Below, piece by piece: positions 13,693 to 25,600 of a DNA stretch of 64,000 nt. Source of the stretch: Nageia nagi (taxonomy: Eukaryota; Plantae; Pinophyta); contig JBITNC010000002.1 of assembly GCA_050084985.1 (NCBI GenBank), positions 15,376,001 through 15,440,000 of the forward strand, written 5' to 3'. The position numbers and the translations under genes are program-made. Numbering within the stretch: the first letter of the stretch is position 1; every line of letters starts with the position of its first letter. Below the pieces are notes generated by a model. The model did no database searches and was not told the origin of the DNA. It saw nothing but the letters and a program-made list of their open reading frames with translations.

Positions 13693-13918
13693 CTCGTAAA
13701 TCTATGAATGGATGCTATGGATAAGGCTTGAGGACTTTAGATTGCATAAAGGCAACTTCTTTTTATGGATAAATAACAACCACATCAATCCTAGATTCTT
13801 CTTTATTGATCTCATGCACCATCTGCATGCCTTCTTGATTTGAACCAAGGCATGAAATTTCACAAGTCCATGATAACACTACTACCAAGACCACTATTAC
13901 TGCACATCTTCCTTCCAT
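13693..13918 (-). pseudogene. BSP-like exon copy (right arm of palindrome 2)
   Basis: MEGRCAVIVVLVVVLSWTCEISCLGSNQEGMQMVHEINKEESRIDVVVIYP*KEVAFMQSKVLKPYP*HPFIDL. Confidence 0.75.
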
Positions 13919-15110
13919 CCTTAAAAGTAAAAGAAAAGAAGTTGGATGAACTTTTAGTATTCTATATATTGTATATAAACATAAAGAAGTAGGTAGTGAA
14001 GAGATATCATGTCTAAAAATAAGACTATCTAAATAAGGCTTGACAAAAGAATGTTTTAGGAGGCATTAGTCATCCAATTATATACATCAAAATCTGATGA
14101 TAATGATAAAGAATAGGGTTATCTATAAATAAATATTTAACACCCTTATCTTTCAAATAGTTATTAGAAACTAACATGTTGGCTAACATAAGTACTACTA
14201 AAGATATTGTTATTGTCTAAATGCTATAAATGTTGCATAAAATATATGATAGACTAGTATTAAAATTTATATATTGAATTTCATTCAAATCATCCTATTA
14301 CTTTCTCATAAAATTCTAAAAATCAATGTTCATCCAACTCACAATTGTATATTCTCAAAAAAAATCAAATTTCATTCAACTTAGCATTGCACCTTTAAGA
14401 AAAATCTAAAAATCAAACAATTTATCTTTTGGTTTTATCGAAAGTTAATTCAATTCATCATTTTTAGTAAATTCCAAATCAACACATGCTCCATGAGACC
14501 TATTTTTTTTCCTTCATAGATGGAATTAAATCTAGACAATAGGCTCATTCATATCATTCCATGTACCATTAATGCTATTTGTAATAGAACCACTAATCAA
14601 TTTAGGCAACCATAATGAGAGTCCTCTATCATAGATAAAATTTCTACAATTAATCTTCCAAATAGATTTAAAACCATCACTATGAATTTTATTTACCAAA
14701 TATTATTGATAAGAAATTTGCTTAGGATGCACACAACTATTCTTCATTAACAGAGAGGGCTTGCCATGAACAGGTTCAAGTTTAGAGGTTTTCTCACCCA
14801 AACCTAGATTCAAACCTTCAAAAACCCTATTCTCCTCTTTGCACTCCATTATGGATTTTAAAAACTATTTCATTTATCTTAATTTGATTAAATTATATTC
14901 ATGTTGAGCTTCTAGGATCAACTTTTTAAATTCATTGAGTTTAATGTCTTGAAAGCCCTATGGGTTTATGGAACTTGTGTCTACCTTTATCCCTTAATAT
15001 TGGATAATTTTAAAATTATTTTGTACCCCTTGAATATTATGGATCATTATTATATATATTATGTTATATTTCAGCATTGGATTCATGACATTTTTGTTTT
15101 TGGTATGTAA

Positions 15111-16097
15111 AACGAACAAATTTAAAGCCACAAAAGTGGATGAAAGGCAAAGGATGTACAATAATTCAATTTGGTTGTTGCTAGGATTATGCAATGGTAA
15201 GTTAAACAAAATTTGTGGCATAAGTTTCCCCACTTGCTACCTTTATATTTTCATTAGATTGCTCAAGTCCAAAATTTATTTTGTAGAAAAAAAATGGGAA
15301 TCCCCTTGGAATTTGTGTGGGATGAAGAAGTGGATCCAATTCATCTTTTATTTAAAACTACTATCCATTGATTGCTAAAATGGCATGTTTTGCCCCCATC
15401 AAATGTACCTAATAGTTGTATTGTTAATATTTATGAGAAAGGTGATTGCATACTACCTCACATTGACCACCATGATTTTGTGAGGCCTTTCTATACAATA
15501 TAATTTCTCAATGAATGCAACATTATATTTGGAACATACTTGAAGATATTAGGACCAGGTCATTTTGCAAGTGCCATCGCCATACCATTGCTAGTAGAGT
15601 AAGGACATGTGTTGTTTGTTTTCAATATCCATAGTTACTAATTACCTTTGTTGATGTTAATTTTGTTATTGGGACTTGAAAAGTTAATGATTTGATAAGT
15701 GGATGTTTAATACAGGTTAGTTCTTATGATAAATGGAAATGGAGCAGATGTTGCAAAGCTTTCAATCCCATTTATCCCATGTAAAAGGTTTTCAATGATA
15801 TAATTGCTTTCACCTTTTCCTGAAGCTTTCATTTTCTTAATAATTATTGACCTTATATGTTCTTTATTTTTCTTATACAGAATTTATATAACATTTATAA
15901 ATATGGACCATTCAAAGATGCCATACAACTTTGTTCATGAGCCTAATTCATAAGGTATTGAACCTCTTTCTCACACAAAACTTGTTGCCCACAACCAATC
16001 TAAGCAATTAAATGGACAACATGCAATTGGGGAGCTAATATTGGTAGAAGAAAGTACTATGCCTATTGCTCCAACATTTTCTATAAATGCTACTTGA
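15111..16097 (+). pseudogene. ALKBH9B: ALKBH9-like RNA m6A demethylase fragment, 4 exons with introns retained (15111-15196, 15287-15598, 15716-15787, 15881-16097)
   Basis: PQKWMKGKGCTIIQFGCC*DYA|gt; NGNP...DEEVDPI...WHVLPPSNVPNSCIVNIYEKGDCILPHIDHHDFVRPF...GPG; LVLMINGNGADVAK...KR|; ITF..MD.SK...EP...GIEPL, matching plant ALKBH9 motifs; in-frame stops, 5' exons missing. Confidence 0.9.
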
Positions 16098-16105
16098 AAT
16101 GCAAG

Positions 16106-16245
16106 AATCATTTGTTATGGATTTTCTAATCCTTTATACAATCATTTGTTATGGATTTTTGAATCCTTTATTCAATCATTTGTACAACTACTGCTCATGG
16201 TATTCATCATTCAATCATTTGTTATGGATTTTCTAATCCTTTATA
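16106..16245. repeat. 34-bp tandem repeat (~3.5 copies)
   Basis: aatcatttgttatggattttctaatcctttat at 16106, 16140, 16174 (partial) and 16214. Confidence 0.85.
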
Positions 16246-16284
16246 GGAGAATATAAATCAATTATTGATAGAATTTGACCATAT

Positions 16285-17625
16285 ATTAGTGTTTTAATAC
16301 CTATTTATCATTAAGATATACTTATGTTTGTAAGCATGTTATTATCTCTAAATAAAAATTACATGTTGAGGTATTCATGTTAACAAAATTTTGAACTAGA
16401 ATGATGCTTAATAAGAAAAGAATAATTTAAGGAAAACCTATTTAATCTGCTCTTTGTAGGTTCTAATTGAATTCTTTATTTAAGATGAATTTGGTATATA
16501 TTCATACCTGAATACCTAATGTGAAGGTTTCTATCATTGGGTATATATTGTGTAAATTATTTACTATTAATAATCAGTAGACTATATTTGATGGTTAACT
16601 ATATTTGTTATTTGCATATAATGAGTCTAGTAAAAATTAACTCTATTGCTAGATAATGTGTGATTTGTGTCTTATATATTGGACTATACTCATGAATTGA
16701 TTCTATTGCTAGATAATGGTTGAATTGTTCCCTCAAAAGGGTGAAAGGAGTTTTAGTGTAAAGCTCAAGTTGGTCCTGAATTTCTCAACATATTTGTAAA
16801 GCATGAGGAGTTTTATTTTCATAGATGAAGTTTGTTAGGTATTATTGGGTGTATAAATGTTACCAAGTTTATCAGCATGTGTCTACTACATTACTATTTC
16901 TTCAGCTTTAGTGGTTTACTATTAAAGTTTCTTGTATGCAATACTTCAATAAATTTGTTGATTATTTCTTGTATAAGCTTAAGATTCTTGAAAATGAAAA
17001 CTTAAATAAAAATGAATGAAATTCTTAAAATGGAAATGATGTGATTACAAGATAGTTAGATGGACAATGCATAAAGTGAGATGATTTCCATATGGAAATT
17101 TTACATTACCCGAGTTGTAGAAATGTTAGCAATTATATCAGCATGTAACTACTGAATGCAATATGCACTACTTTTTAGGATTTAATAGTATGCAATAATG
17201 TTTCATGTGGGTTATGCAATATTTCAATAAATTTGTTGCTTGCTTTCTCCTTGAAAATGAGAACTTAAACATAACAATGTTACAAATGAAGGTATTAAAA
17301 TGGAAATAATGGAATGCAGGAGTGATATGAAAAAGGGAGACAATTTCCTTTTAGTTGTAGTACCATTTTTAACTATAGTTTGTGCCTTTTAATGGTGAGG
17401 GAATTTACCCTCCAATTTTGTTTATTTTTATGATGATGAAAGGAGAACAATAAAATGCAATGCATCTAGATTCTAAGGTAAAGAAAAAAAGTATATTAAT
17501 ATCCTTAGGTGGCCAAAAGTAGTCAATGGGACTAGTATGTTCAATCATGATCATTAAACCAACAAATTCCCTAGAGGGCATCATTTAAAGAAAGCATAAA
17601 AGGGTGATATAAGCAAATACACATG
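16285..17625 (-). repeat. Inverted repeat A, right copy
   Basis: attagtgttttaatacctatttat... is the reverse complement of ...aaataggtattaaaacactaat (~8946-8968); co-linear but diverged. Confidence 0.92.
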
Positions 17626-19894
17626 TACAAAAGGTCCACACCCTAAAGAGAGGGAGGAACAAAATCATAATCAATTAGAGAAACTTTTAAAGCACAAGTA
17701 TAATGATCATAATTTAAAATACAAAGATTTATCGAGAAAAGAAATTCAAGTTATATTAACTAAGCATTATAAAACATGATAAAATCAAATAAAAAACATA
17801 GTAAGCACTTTATCTCTTATCGCCCTATCTCACTATGCTCCAAATAACATGTTTGAATAGATATATAGCTTCTTTCACACATTAATCAATGGTTAGAAAT
17901 TTGAACTTTAATGTTAGGATGTTAAGTATTCATGTCATTCAAAGGGGACCATTTGTGACCATTGTTCCATATTTAATACACTCACAATGGTATACAATTT
18001 TTCACCATGCTTTTTGCTCCATTATTTATTTCATGCATCTTTCACAATTACTACTACATCTTGTTAATGCTCCAATTTATATTTGAAGTTGATCCAATGG
18101 CTAGGAGGGGTTGAATATCAATAATAAGTAATTGAGATTTTATCAAATTTGATAAGCCTTAGGCTGATCAATATGAAAAAAAACATGTGCTTACAACTCT
18201 TTGGTTCAAGCTTGGACATATTTTAATTGATAGTATGTCTCCAAGCATTGCGTGAAAACCAAAACATAAATTTTTTGGGATGGGTAGGGTAGGGTATGAT
18301 GATATGTATCTTCAAGATGAGTATGACTTGGGCCCAATTTTGGACATGAAGGGTATGACAATATATATAAAATTAAAACTCAAAATTATCAATTCAATTA
18401 ACGAACATGTCATTAAATCATTATGCTTGCATGAAGTTAGTTTTTGTAATGAATTTTATAAAAGAAAGTACCAGTTGATATTTACCTTAACTATGGAATT
18501 CCAATTGAGGATTATATAATCCACTCTATGATGAATACATATTGATATCAATGATTTCATGTATCATCTCTTATTAGTTTTTATGGATTTGAATGTAGTC
18601 AATTTTTGTGTTGTGTGAACTAGCTTGGTTATTGCTTGCAAAATGTTATTATTTTTACATCACTTCTTTAATAAAGTACTATGGGAATACTTTCCCATTA
18701 ATGGTGAATTCTAATTATGGATTGTATAATCTTGATGGTGAATACATATTTGTGACTAAATATATAATCTTATTGAATGATTTTTGTATTTTCATGTTTT
18801 TTTAGTTGAATGATTGTATTAGTTGGAGGGGTATGAATTACAGGGAGTAAAGAAACATTCTGGTTGCAAATTAAAATATTTTCTACAATAGTTACAATGA
18901 TAAAGAAATAATATTGTAATAGGAACTTAAGACCATTACAAAATGGATGCATTAAGGAGATGGGAGCTCAATTGAGCTTTTGGAGAAGAGCAGGTCTTCA
19001 CTTGGCCACAATATCCAAAATTGATTTGTATTTATCCTTTTAGGCATTTCAATGGGGTTTGGGGGCATAAAATTTTCATATCTCTCTTTTTAACTCTTTA
19101 GGTGTAAATAACCAAAGGAGAAGTAGCAAACTAGTGAATTATAGTATTAGTGATTTTTCTATCCATTGCACCATGTTGACGTATGTTGAAACTAAGACAA
19201 TGGTTTTCATGATTTATGGTAGCATTGCATTGATTATGAGAGCCTCCTCTTGGGAATTATGATGTGCCCATATATAGATCAACTTGGTCATTATTTAGAT
19301 TATAGATAGGCTAAACTATCTAATGTGGGGTTGGTGAAAGGATCCTACCAAAAAACTATAACATGTTATTGGCCTCATATCTTGTTGTTGAGAATAACTA
19401 TGTTGTTAGTTATAGTTAAGTTAAATCAGTGGCCTGATTGATTTACCATGATATTATTTCTTATTATTCTAGTTATTGTTTCTACATTTTTGGATAGAAC
19501 TAGGGGATGAGGAAGTAGAGTTTTTAGATTGAAGATCCAAAAATACATTTTATAGTTGTTGCAATTCCATGATGATGGGGTTATTTTTCTTCTTGATGAG
19601 ATTAATCACATGACTAGTGCCTCAAATATTTGAACATTCAAATACAATGTGCATGTTTGAAAGATAAGGCTATAAAATCTTTATTTATAGATAACCCTAT
19701 TCTTTATTTTAATCTTGAGATTTTGATGTATATAATTGAATGACTAATGCCTTGTAAAACATTCTTTTTTCAAGCCTTGTTTAGATAGGATTATTTTTAG
19801 ACCTGAGATCTCTCCACTACCTGCTTCTTTGTGTTTATAAACAATATAAATAATAGAGCAAGTTCATCCAGCTTCTTTTCTTTCACTTTTAAGG

Positions 19895-20127
19895 ATGGAA
19901 GGTATATGTGCAATAATAATGATCTTGGTAGTAGTAATATCATGGACTTATGAGGTTTCATGCCTTGGTTCAAATCGATAAGGCATGTGAATGGTGCATG
20001 AGATCAATAGAGAATGACCCAATATTGACGTGGTTACTATTTCTCCACTAGAAGAAGATGACATCAAGCAAGCTAAATTCTAAATTCCTAAAACCTTATC
20101 CAAAGCATCCATTCATAGATTTATCAG
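19895..20127 (+). pseudogene. BSP-like exon copy (left arm of palindrome 3)
   Basis: ATG 19895 MEGICAIIMILVVVISWTYEVSCLGSNR*GM*MVHEINRE*P...; donor ttatcag|gtgatc. Confidence 0.75.
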
Positions 20128-20342
20128 GTGATCACCTTATCCATAATCATGTTATCAAAATAATGTGATATACAATTGTTTAGTCATCTTCTTTCAAAGG
20201 ATTATGATATTACTAATATATATTTTGAGATAGATGTAATTGACTTGATATATTAGTAATAACATCATCCTCTAAAAGCATTTGACTAAAAAAATTGTAT
20301 ATCACATTATTTTGATAACATGATTATGGATAAGGTGATCAC

Positions 20343-20569
20343 TTGATAAATCTATGAATGGATGCTTTGGATAAGGCTTGAGAACTTTAACTTGCATGAA
20401 GGCAACTTCTTCCTAGTGGATAAATAGTAAACATATCAATCCTAGGTCCTTCTATACTAATCTCATGAACAATTCATATGCCTTCTCGATTTGAACCAAG
20501 GCATGAAACCTCACAAGTCCATGATAACGCTACTACCAAGACCACTATTATTGCACATCTTCCTTCCAT
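20343..20569 (-). pseudogene. BSP-like exon copy (right arm of palindrome 3)
   Basis: Reverse complement of 19895-20127, with indels. Confidence 0.72.
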
Positions 20570-22554
20570 CCTTAAAAGTGAAGGAAAAGAAGTTGGATTA
20601 ACTTATTGTATTCTTTGTATTGTATATAAACACAATGAAGTAGGTAGTGGATACATATCAGGTCTAAAAATAAGACTATCTAAACAAGGCTTGAAAAAAG
20701 AATATTTTACGAGGCATTAGTCATCCAATTATATACATCAAAATCTGATGATTACGATAAATAATAGGGTTATCTATAAATAAATATTTTATAGCCTTAT
20801 CTTTCAAATAGGCATGTTGTATTTGAATGTTCAAATATTTGAGGCATTATTCATGTGATTAATCTCATCAATGCAACAACTATAAAATATGTTTTCAGAT
20901 CTCCAACCTGGAAACTCTATTTTCTCATCTCCTATTTCTAACCAAAAATGTAGAAATAAGAACTAGAATAATAAGCAATAATATCATGATAAATAAATCA
21001 GGCCACTCGTCACACTTAACTATTACTAACAACACAGTTGGTCTAAACAACAAGGTATGAGGCCAATAGCAAATCATAGTTTTTTGATAGGATCCTGTCA
21101 CCAACCCCACATAAGATAGTTTGGGCTATCTATAATCTAAATAATGAATAGTTTGATCTATATATGGGCACATAAAAATTCCTAGGAGGAGGCTCTCACT
21201 AATCAATGGAGTGCCACCATAAATCATGAAAACCATTGTCTAAATTTCAACATACATTTACATGGTGCAATGGATAAAAAATTTACTATTACTATAGTTC
21301 ACCAGTTTATTGTTTCTCCTTTGGTTCTTTATCCCTAAAGAATAATAAAGAAAGATATGAAAATTTTATGCTCCCCAAACCCCACCAAAATATCTAAAAG
21401 GATAAATAAAAATCACTTTTGGATATTATGGCCAAGGAAAGAGCTGCTCTTCTCCAGAAGCTCAATTAAGCTCTCATCTCCTTAATGTATCCATTTCATA
21501 ATGGTCTCAAGTTCCCATCAGAACATTATTTATTGATGATCATAAGGCTTACATAAAATATTTTAATTTGCAACCATAATGTTTCTTTACTTCTTGTAAT
21601 TCGTACTCCAACTAATACAACCATTTGACTAAAATAAACATGAAAATACAAAAATCATTCAGTAAGATTATATATTTAGTCACCAATATGTACCAAGATT
21701 ATAAAATTCATAATTAGAATTCACCATTAATGGGAAAATATTCCCCCATTAATTTTTTAAAGAAGTGATGTAAAAATAATAACATTTTGCAAGCAATAAC
21801 AAAGCTAGTTTACACAACACAAAAATAGACGACATGCAAATATGTAAAAACTAATAAGAGATGATACATGAAATCATTGATATCAATATGCATTCATCAT
21901 AGAGTGAATTCTACAATCCTCAATTAGCATTCCATAGTTAAGGTAAATATTATCTCATACTTTCTTTTATAAAATTCATTACAAAAACTAACTTTATGCA
22001 AGCAATACCAACTCTAGTTCACAAATTAAAATTTTGATAGCATGAAAGTCCAAAAAAACTAACTCCCATGGACACTTGAACAATTCCTTTGTAGTCCTTG
22101 GATTTTCAATACTATTTTCATACTTTCAACCAACATTTCAATCATTCTAGTTCATTCCCTTTTGTTAATTGTTAGTTCTTAGACACTAACATGTTAGGTA
22201 ACATAAGTCCTACTAAAGACATTGTTATTTTCTAAATGCCATAAATGTTGCAAAAACTATAAAATATACCAATATTAACATTTATATATCAAATTTCATT
22301 CAAATCATCCTATTACTTTCTCATAAAAGTCTAAAAATCAATGTTCATCCAACTCAAAATTGTATCTTCTCAGGAAAAATCAATTTTCATTCAACTTAGC
22401 ATTGCAACTTTAAGAAAAATCTAAAAATCAAATAATTTATCTTTTGGTTTTATCAAAAGTTAATTCAATTAATCATTTTTAGTAAATTCCAAATCAAACA
22501 CATGCTCCATGACACCTCTTCATTTTCCTTCAGAGATGGAATTAAATCCAGACA

Positions 22555-22670
22555 CTCATCTTCACTAACAAGTCACTAGTCTTTAGTAACAAGTTGCTCA
22601 TCTTCAGTAACAAGTCACTAGTCTTTAGTAACAAGTTGCTCATCTTCAACAACAAGATGTTTATCTTTAG
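22555..22670. repeat. 42-bp tandem repeat built from 21-bp subunits
   Basis: ctcatcttcactaacaagtcactagtctttagtaacaagttg repeated ~2.5 times, abutting the end of palindrome 3. Confidence 0.85.
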
Positions 22671-25600
22671 GTACAACTTACTTTTATTTTGTAATAAGTC
22701 ACTTGTGTGCTTCTCTTGCATTCTTTTTCCTAGAGAAGTTGGATCCAATAGGCAATTCACTTGGGAAAATTAAAAATATTTATAAAATATAGGTGATAAG
22801 GTGCAAATTTGGTGGGGGGTATATTTGGCTAATTTATATAAAAAAAATACTTTAAATTTATAAAATTTTGGCTAACTAACCATGAAAAAAATATAAACCC
22901 AAAAAAATTAGGCTACCTAGGCCTAAGTCAATCAACATAAAAATAGCAAATCAAAAAATTAAAAATCCTAAAAAATAGCTATTTTTTAGGACAAATTGTA
23001 CTGATGGAGTACAATGCTCATAGATCTTGGACAAAAACAAGTGTATTAGGAAAGACTACACATTACTTACCAAACACCTTACTAAGAAGTAGTCCAATGG
23101 AATACATTATACACAAATAGAAGGTCCTATAATTTATTCAATCAAGCATAGCTTCTTGGAAACATAATGCTCTTAGGGTATGCATAAAACTATACAAAAA
23201 AAAGGGGAAATGCTTGTAAGGTACGGTCTCCACCCTTGATCAAAATGGATAGGCTTGACAACATTTTACCCATTATACATACAAATGATAAGAAGATCTA
23301 GTGGTAATTAGGACTAACTACACTTTAGAACTTACATACTACTTTCTTGAAATTAAATAAAATACATAGTGGGTGTCATCACATGGCTCAATGAAATTTC
23401 ATTTCAATACTATGTTCTAAAGAAATAATTTCACGTTTACTCATAAGACTATGGACTTAGTTTTTCCTATCCTTTATTGCATATGTGTATAGACAAAAAT
23501 GTACAACCATTCACATGCAAAGTATCCATATTTGCTAACATTATAAATTTAATGAAAATCTAACCAACTCAAATACTTGGACAATCTTTTTTTAAAACAC
23601 ACATAGCTCCTTCAAACAAATAAAAACCAAACTTAGCTAAGCATTTTAGCATTAATATATAAAATTCTAGGGAAAGCACCTTGGCTTAAGAGGAGATGAA
23701 TTCCTTTCTTCACATCCTCCATGATCAACTTTTGGGAGAAAATAAAAGTAAAGTATTTTCCAATGGTCACCCACCTAAATATTTATATCCAAAGTTGGGT
23801 ATAATATATCCAGGAATGTGGCTATTCGTCCAACCCTTTTTTTTTGGAAGGTGTAGACATTTTATTTTTTTTGTGCTAAGAATCAAATAATTTTGTTTGC
23901 AAGTATTGCATCATACAAAAATAATTTGGACCCTTTATGTTAAGTGAAAAATTATATCCAATTATTTTATGCACCTAACATAAGAAAATAATTTGTGTGG
24001 GGATCCCTTCTCCATTATTTTCAGAAAATCCCAAAATAACCTTGTAACCTACAAAACATGATAAACAATCCATTTTACCCTATATTTTATTTTTATCAAA
24101 ATTTACTAATATTTTTAAGTGAAAAAATTAAATTCAAATGAATGGAATATTCCTTGCATCATTCGAACACAGTTAATCACTTTCAAAAATGCACATCAAA
24201 TTTTTAACACTCATTTTCACTTACAATCATCCTTTCATCCTGCAAGATAAATTTATCACTACACACACACATACAACATCAAAATAAAATATTATGTGCA
24301 ATAATAATGGGATGCATCTATATGATCTATGAAGGTCATCATGGCCTATTAGCAAATCAATGCCAATCATTTCCTCACTCTTACCAATTTGTTCCCGTAA
24401 CCAACTCATCCTTTGTCCTCGGGTCTCTAACTTGATTTTCCATCTCGAGTAAACCTGTAACATGTGTCATAAAATCTTAAAGCTAGCATCAAATCAACAC
24501 AAGTAATGCATATATCCACTCAAGATTAATCATCTCATAAATAATCTTAATTACATTCAAATTCGTAATGGCATTGGTAACGCAACCTACTTTCATCATC
24601 TAAACTCCTAAATTTTTGGACCAATTTTTTTTGAGCTAATCAAACTATTTTCATCATATGGTTCACTATTTATGAACTTTATCCCACATATGTTACCTAA
24701 TGATACATCAATTACTTTATTTAGACTTTTCCTTCCCTTGTTAAGTATAAGGGTATGTTCACTAGGTATTATTGCCCTTGCTTGCGAGTGGTTCCTCCTA
24801 ATGATCATGCCCTTATTTTCTTCAAGTGTGATATTGGAATTAATCACACCTGACAAATAACTAGAACCCACCTTTTTCATTTCCCTAGTATCCAAGTTCA
24901 AACTTATACATTTCATACCATGAGGTTTTCTACTAATATCACTAATTTTATTGCTAACATTAGTGGGTAGTTTGATAACTCTAAAACCTAATGCAAACCT
25001 AACACAAGGAATGATAATGTTGTCCTTATATTATTCTTTTTCACCCTTATGGATCCCAAACACTATTGATGAGAGTCCTCTTATTTGGTAGGGGAAATAT
25101 CCTATTGCAAGCATACTTATTTCATAGTTTCCTTGGTAATGCACCTATTCTACTTCCTATTAGATCGCCTTTTTATTTTGAAGATTCCTAGGGCTTCCCA
25201 ATTAAGTTCTTGTACTTATTCTTGGCCTAATACTAAAAAAAAAATTATTTTCTTTCTATATTTGATTATATTGTCTCCTAATTTACATTATATAACTCTA
25301 AATCATCTTGGTTAAAGCTTAGCTAGGTCTTCACTAGGTTTTAACCTCTCAATTTTGATTAATGTATCTTGCATGTCGATTACATTTACCTTATCCAAAT
25401 TTTTGAAATGTTCCATTGAGGATATGAATGTGATCATATTTATAGCTCATGATCATATTCATTTTCCTTTTTCATATATGAGGGAGGTTTATTCAAAGAT
25501 GATTCAATGCCATCTCTCGCATTATCGAATCTATCCAAAAGTTACCCTTTTGGTATATTCCTTAAGTTTCTTTATGAACTAATTTTATTAATGTTAGTCC

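Larger units (their letters stand above)
11205..14560. repeat. Giant palindrome copy 2 (full ~2.37-kb left arm; loop 13571-13598; right arm with ~1.3-kb deletion at 14160)
   Basis: Ends ggaatgatatgaatgagcct ... aggctcattcatatcattcc are reverse complements; the arms match through to the loop. Confidence 0.93.
18425..22555. repeat. Giant palindrome copy 3 (1.8-kb left arm; loop 20221-20248; full ~2.3-kb right arm)
   Basis: 18425-20220 is co-linear with ~11777-13570 and is the reverse complement of 20249-~22003. Confidence 0.93.

Noticed and set aside
11195-14570. Palindrome 2 as a simple MULE insertion
   Set aside because: The flanks (ataccaaaa / atgtaccat) do not form a TSD
8969-22555. Palindromes as long-read fold-back assembly artefacts
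   Set aside because: The arms differ by many substitutions, largely C>T/G>A, and by independent deletions, indicating old genuine duplications; read validation is still advisable
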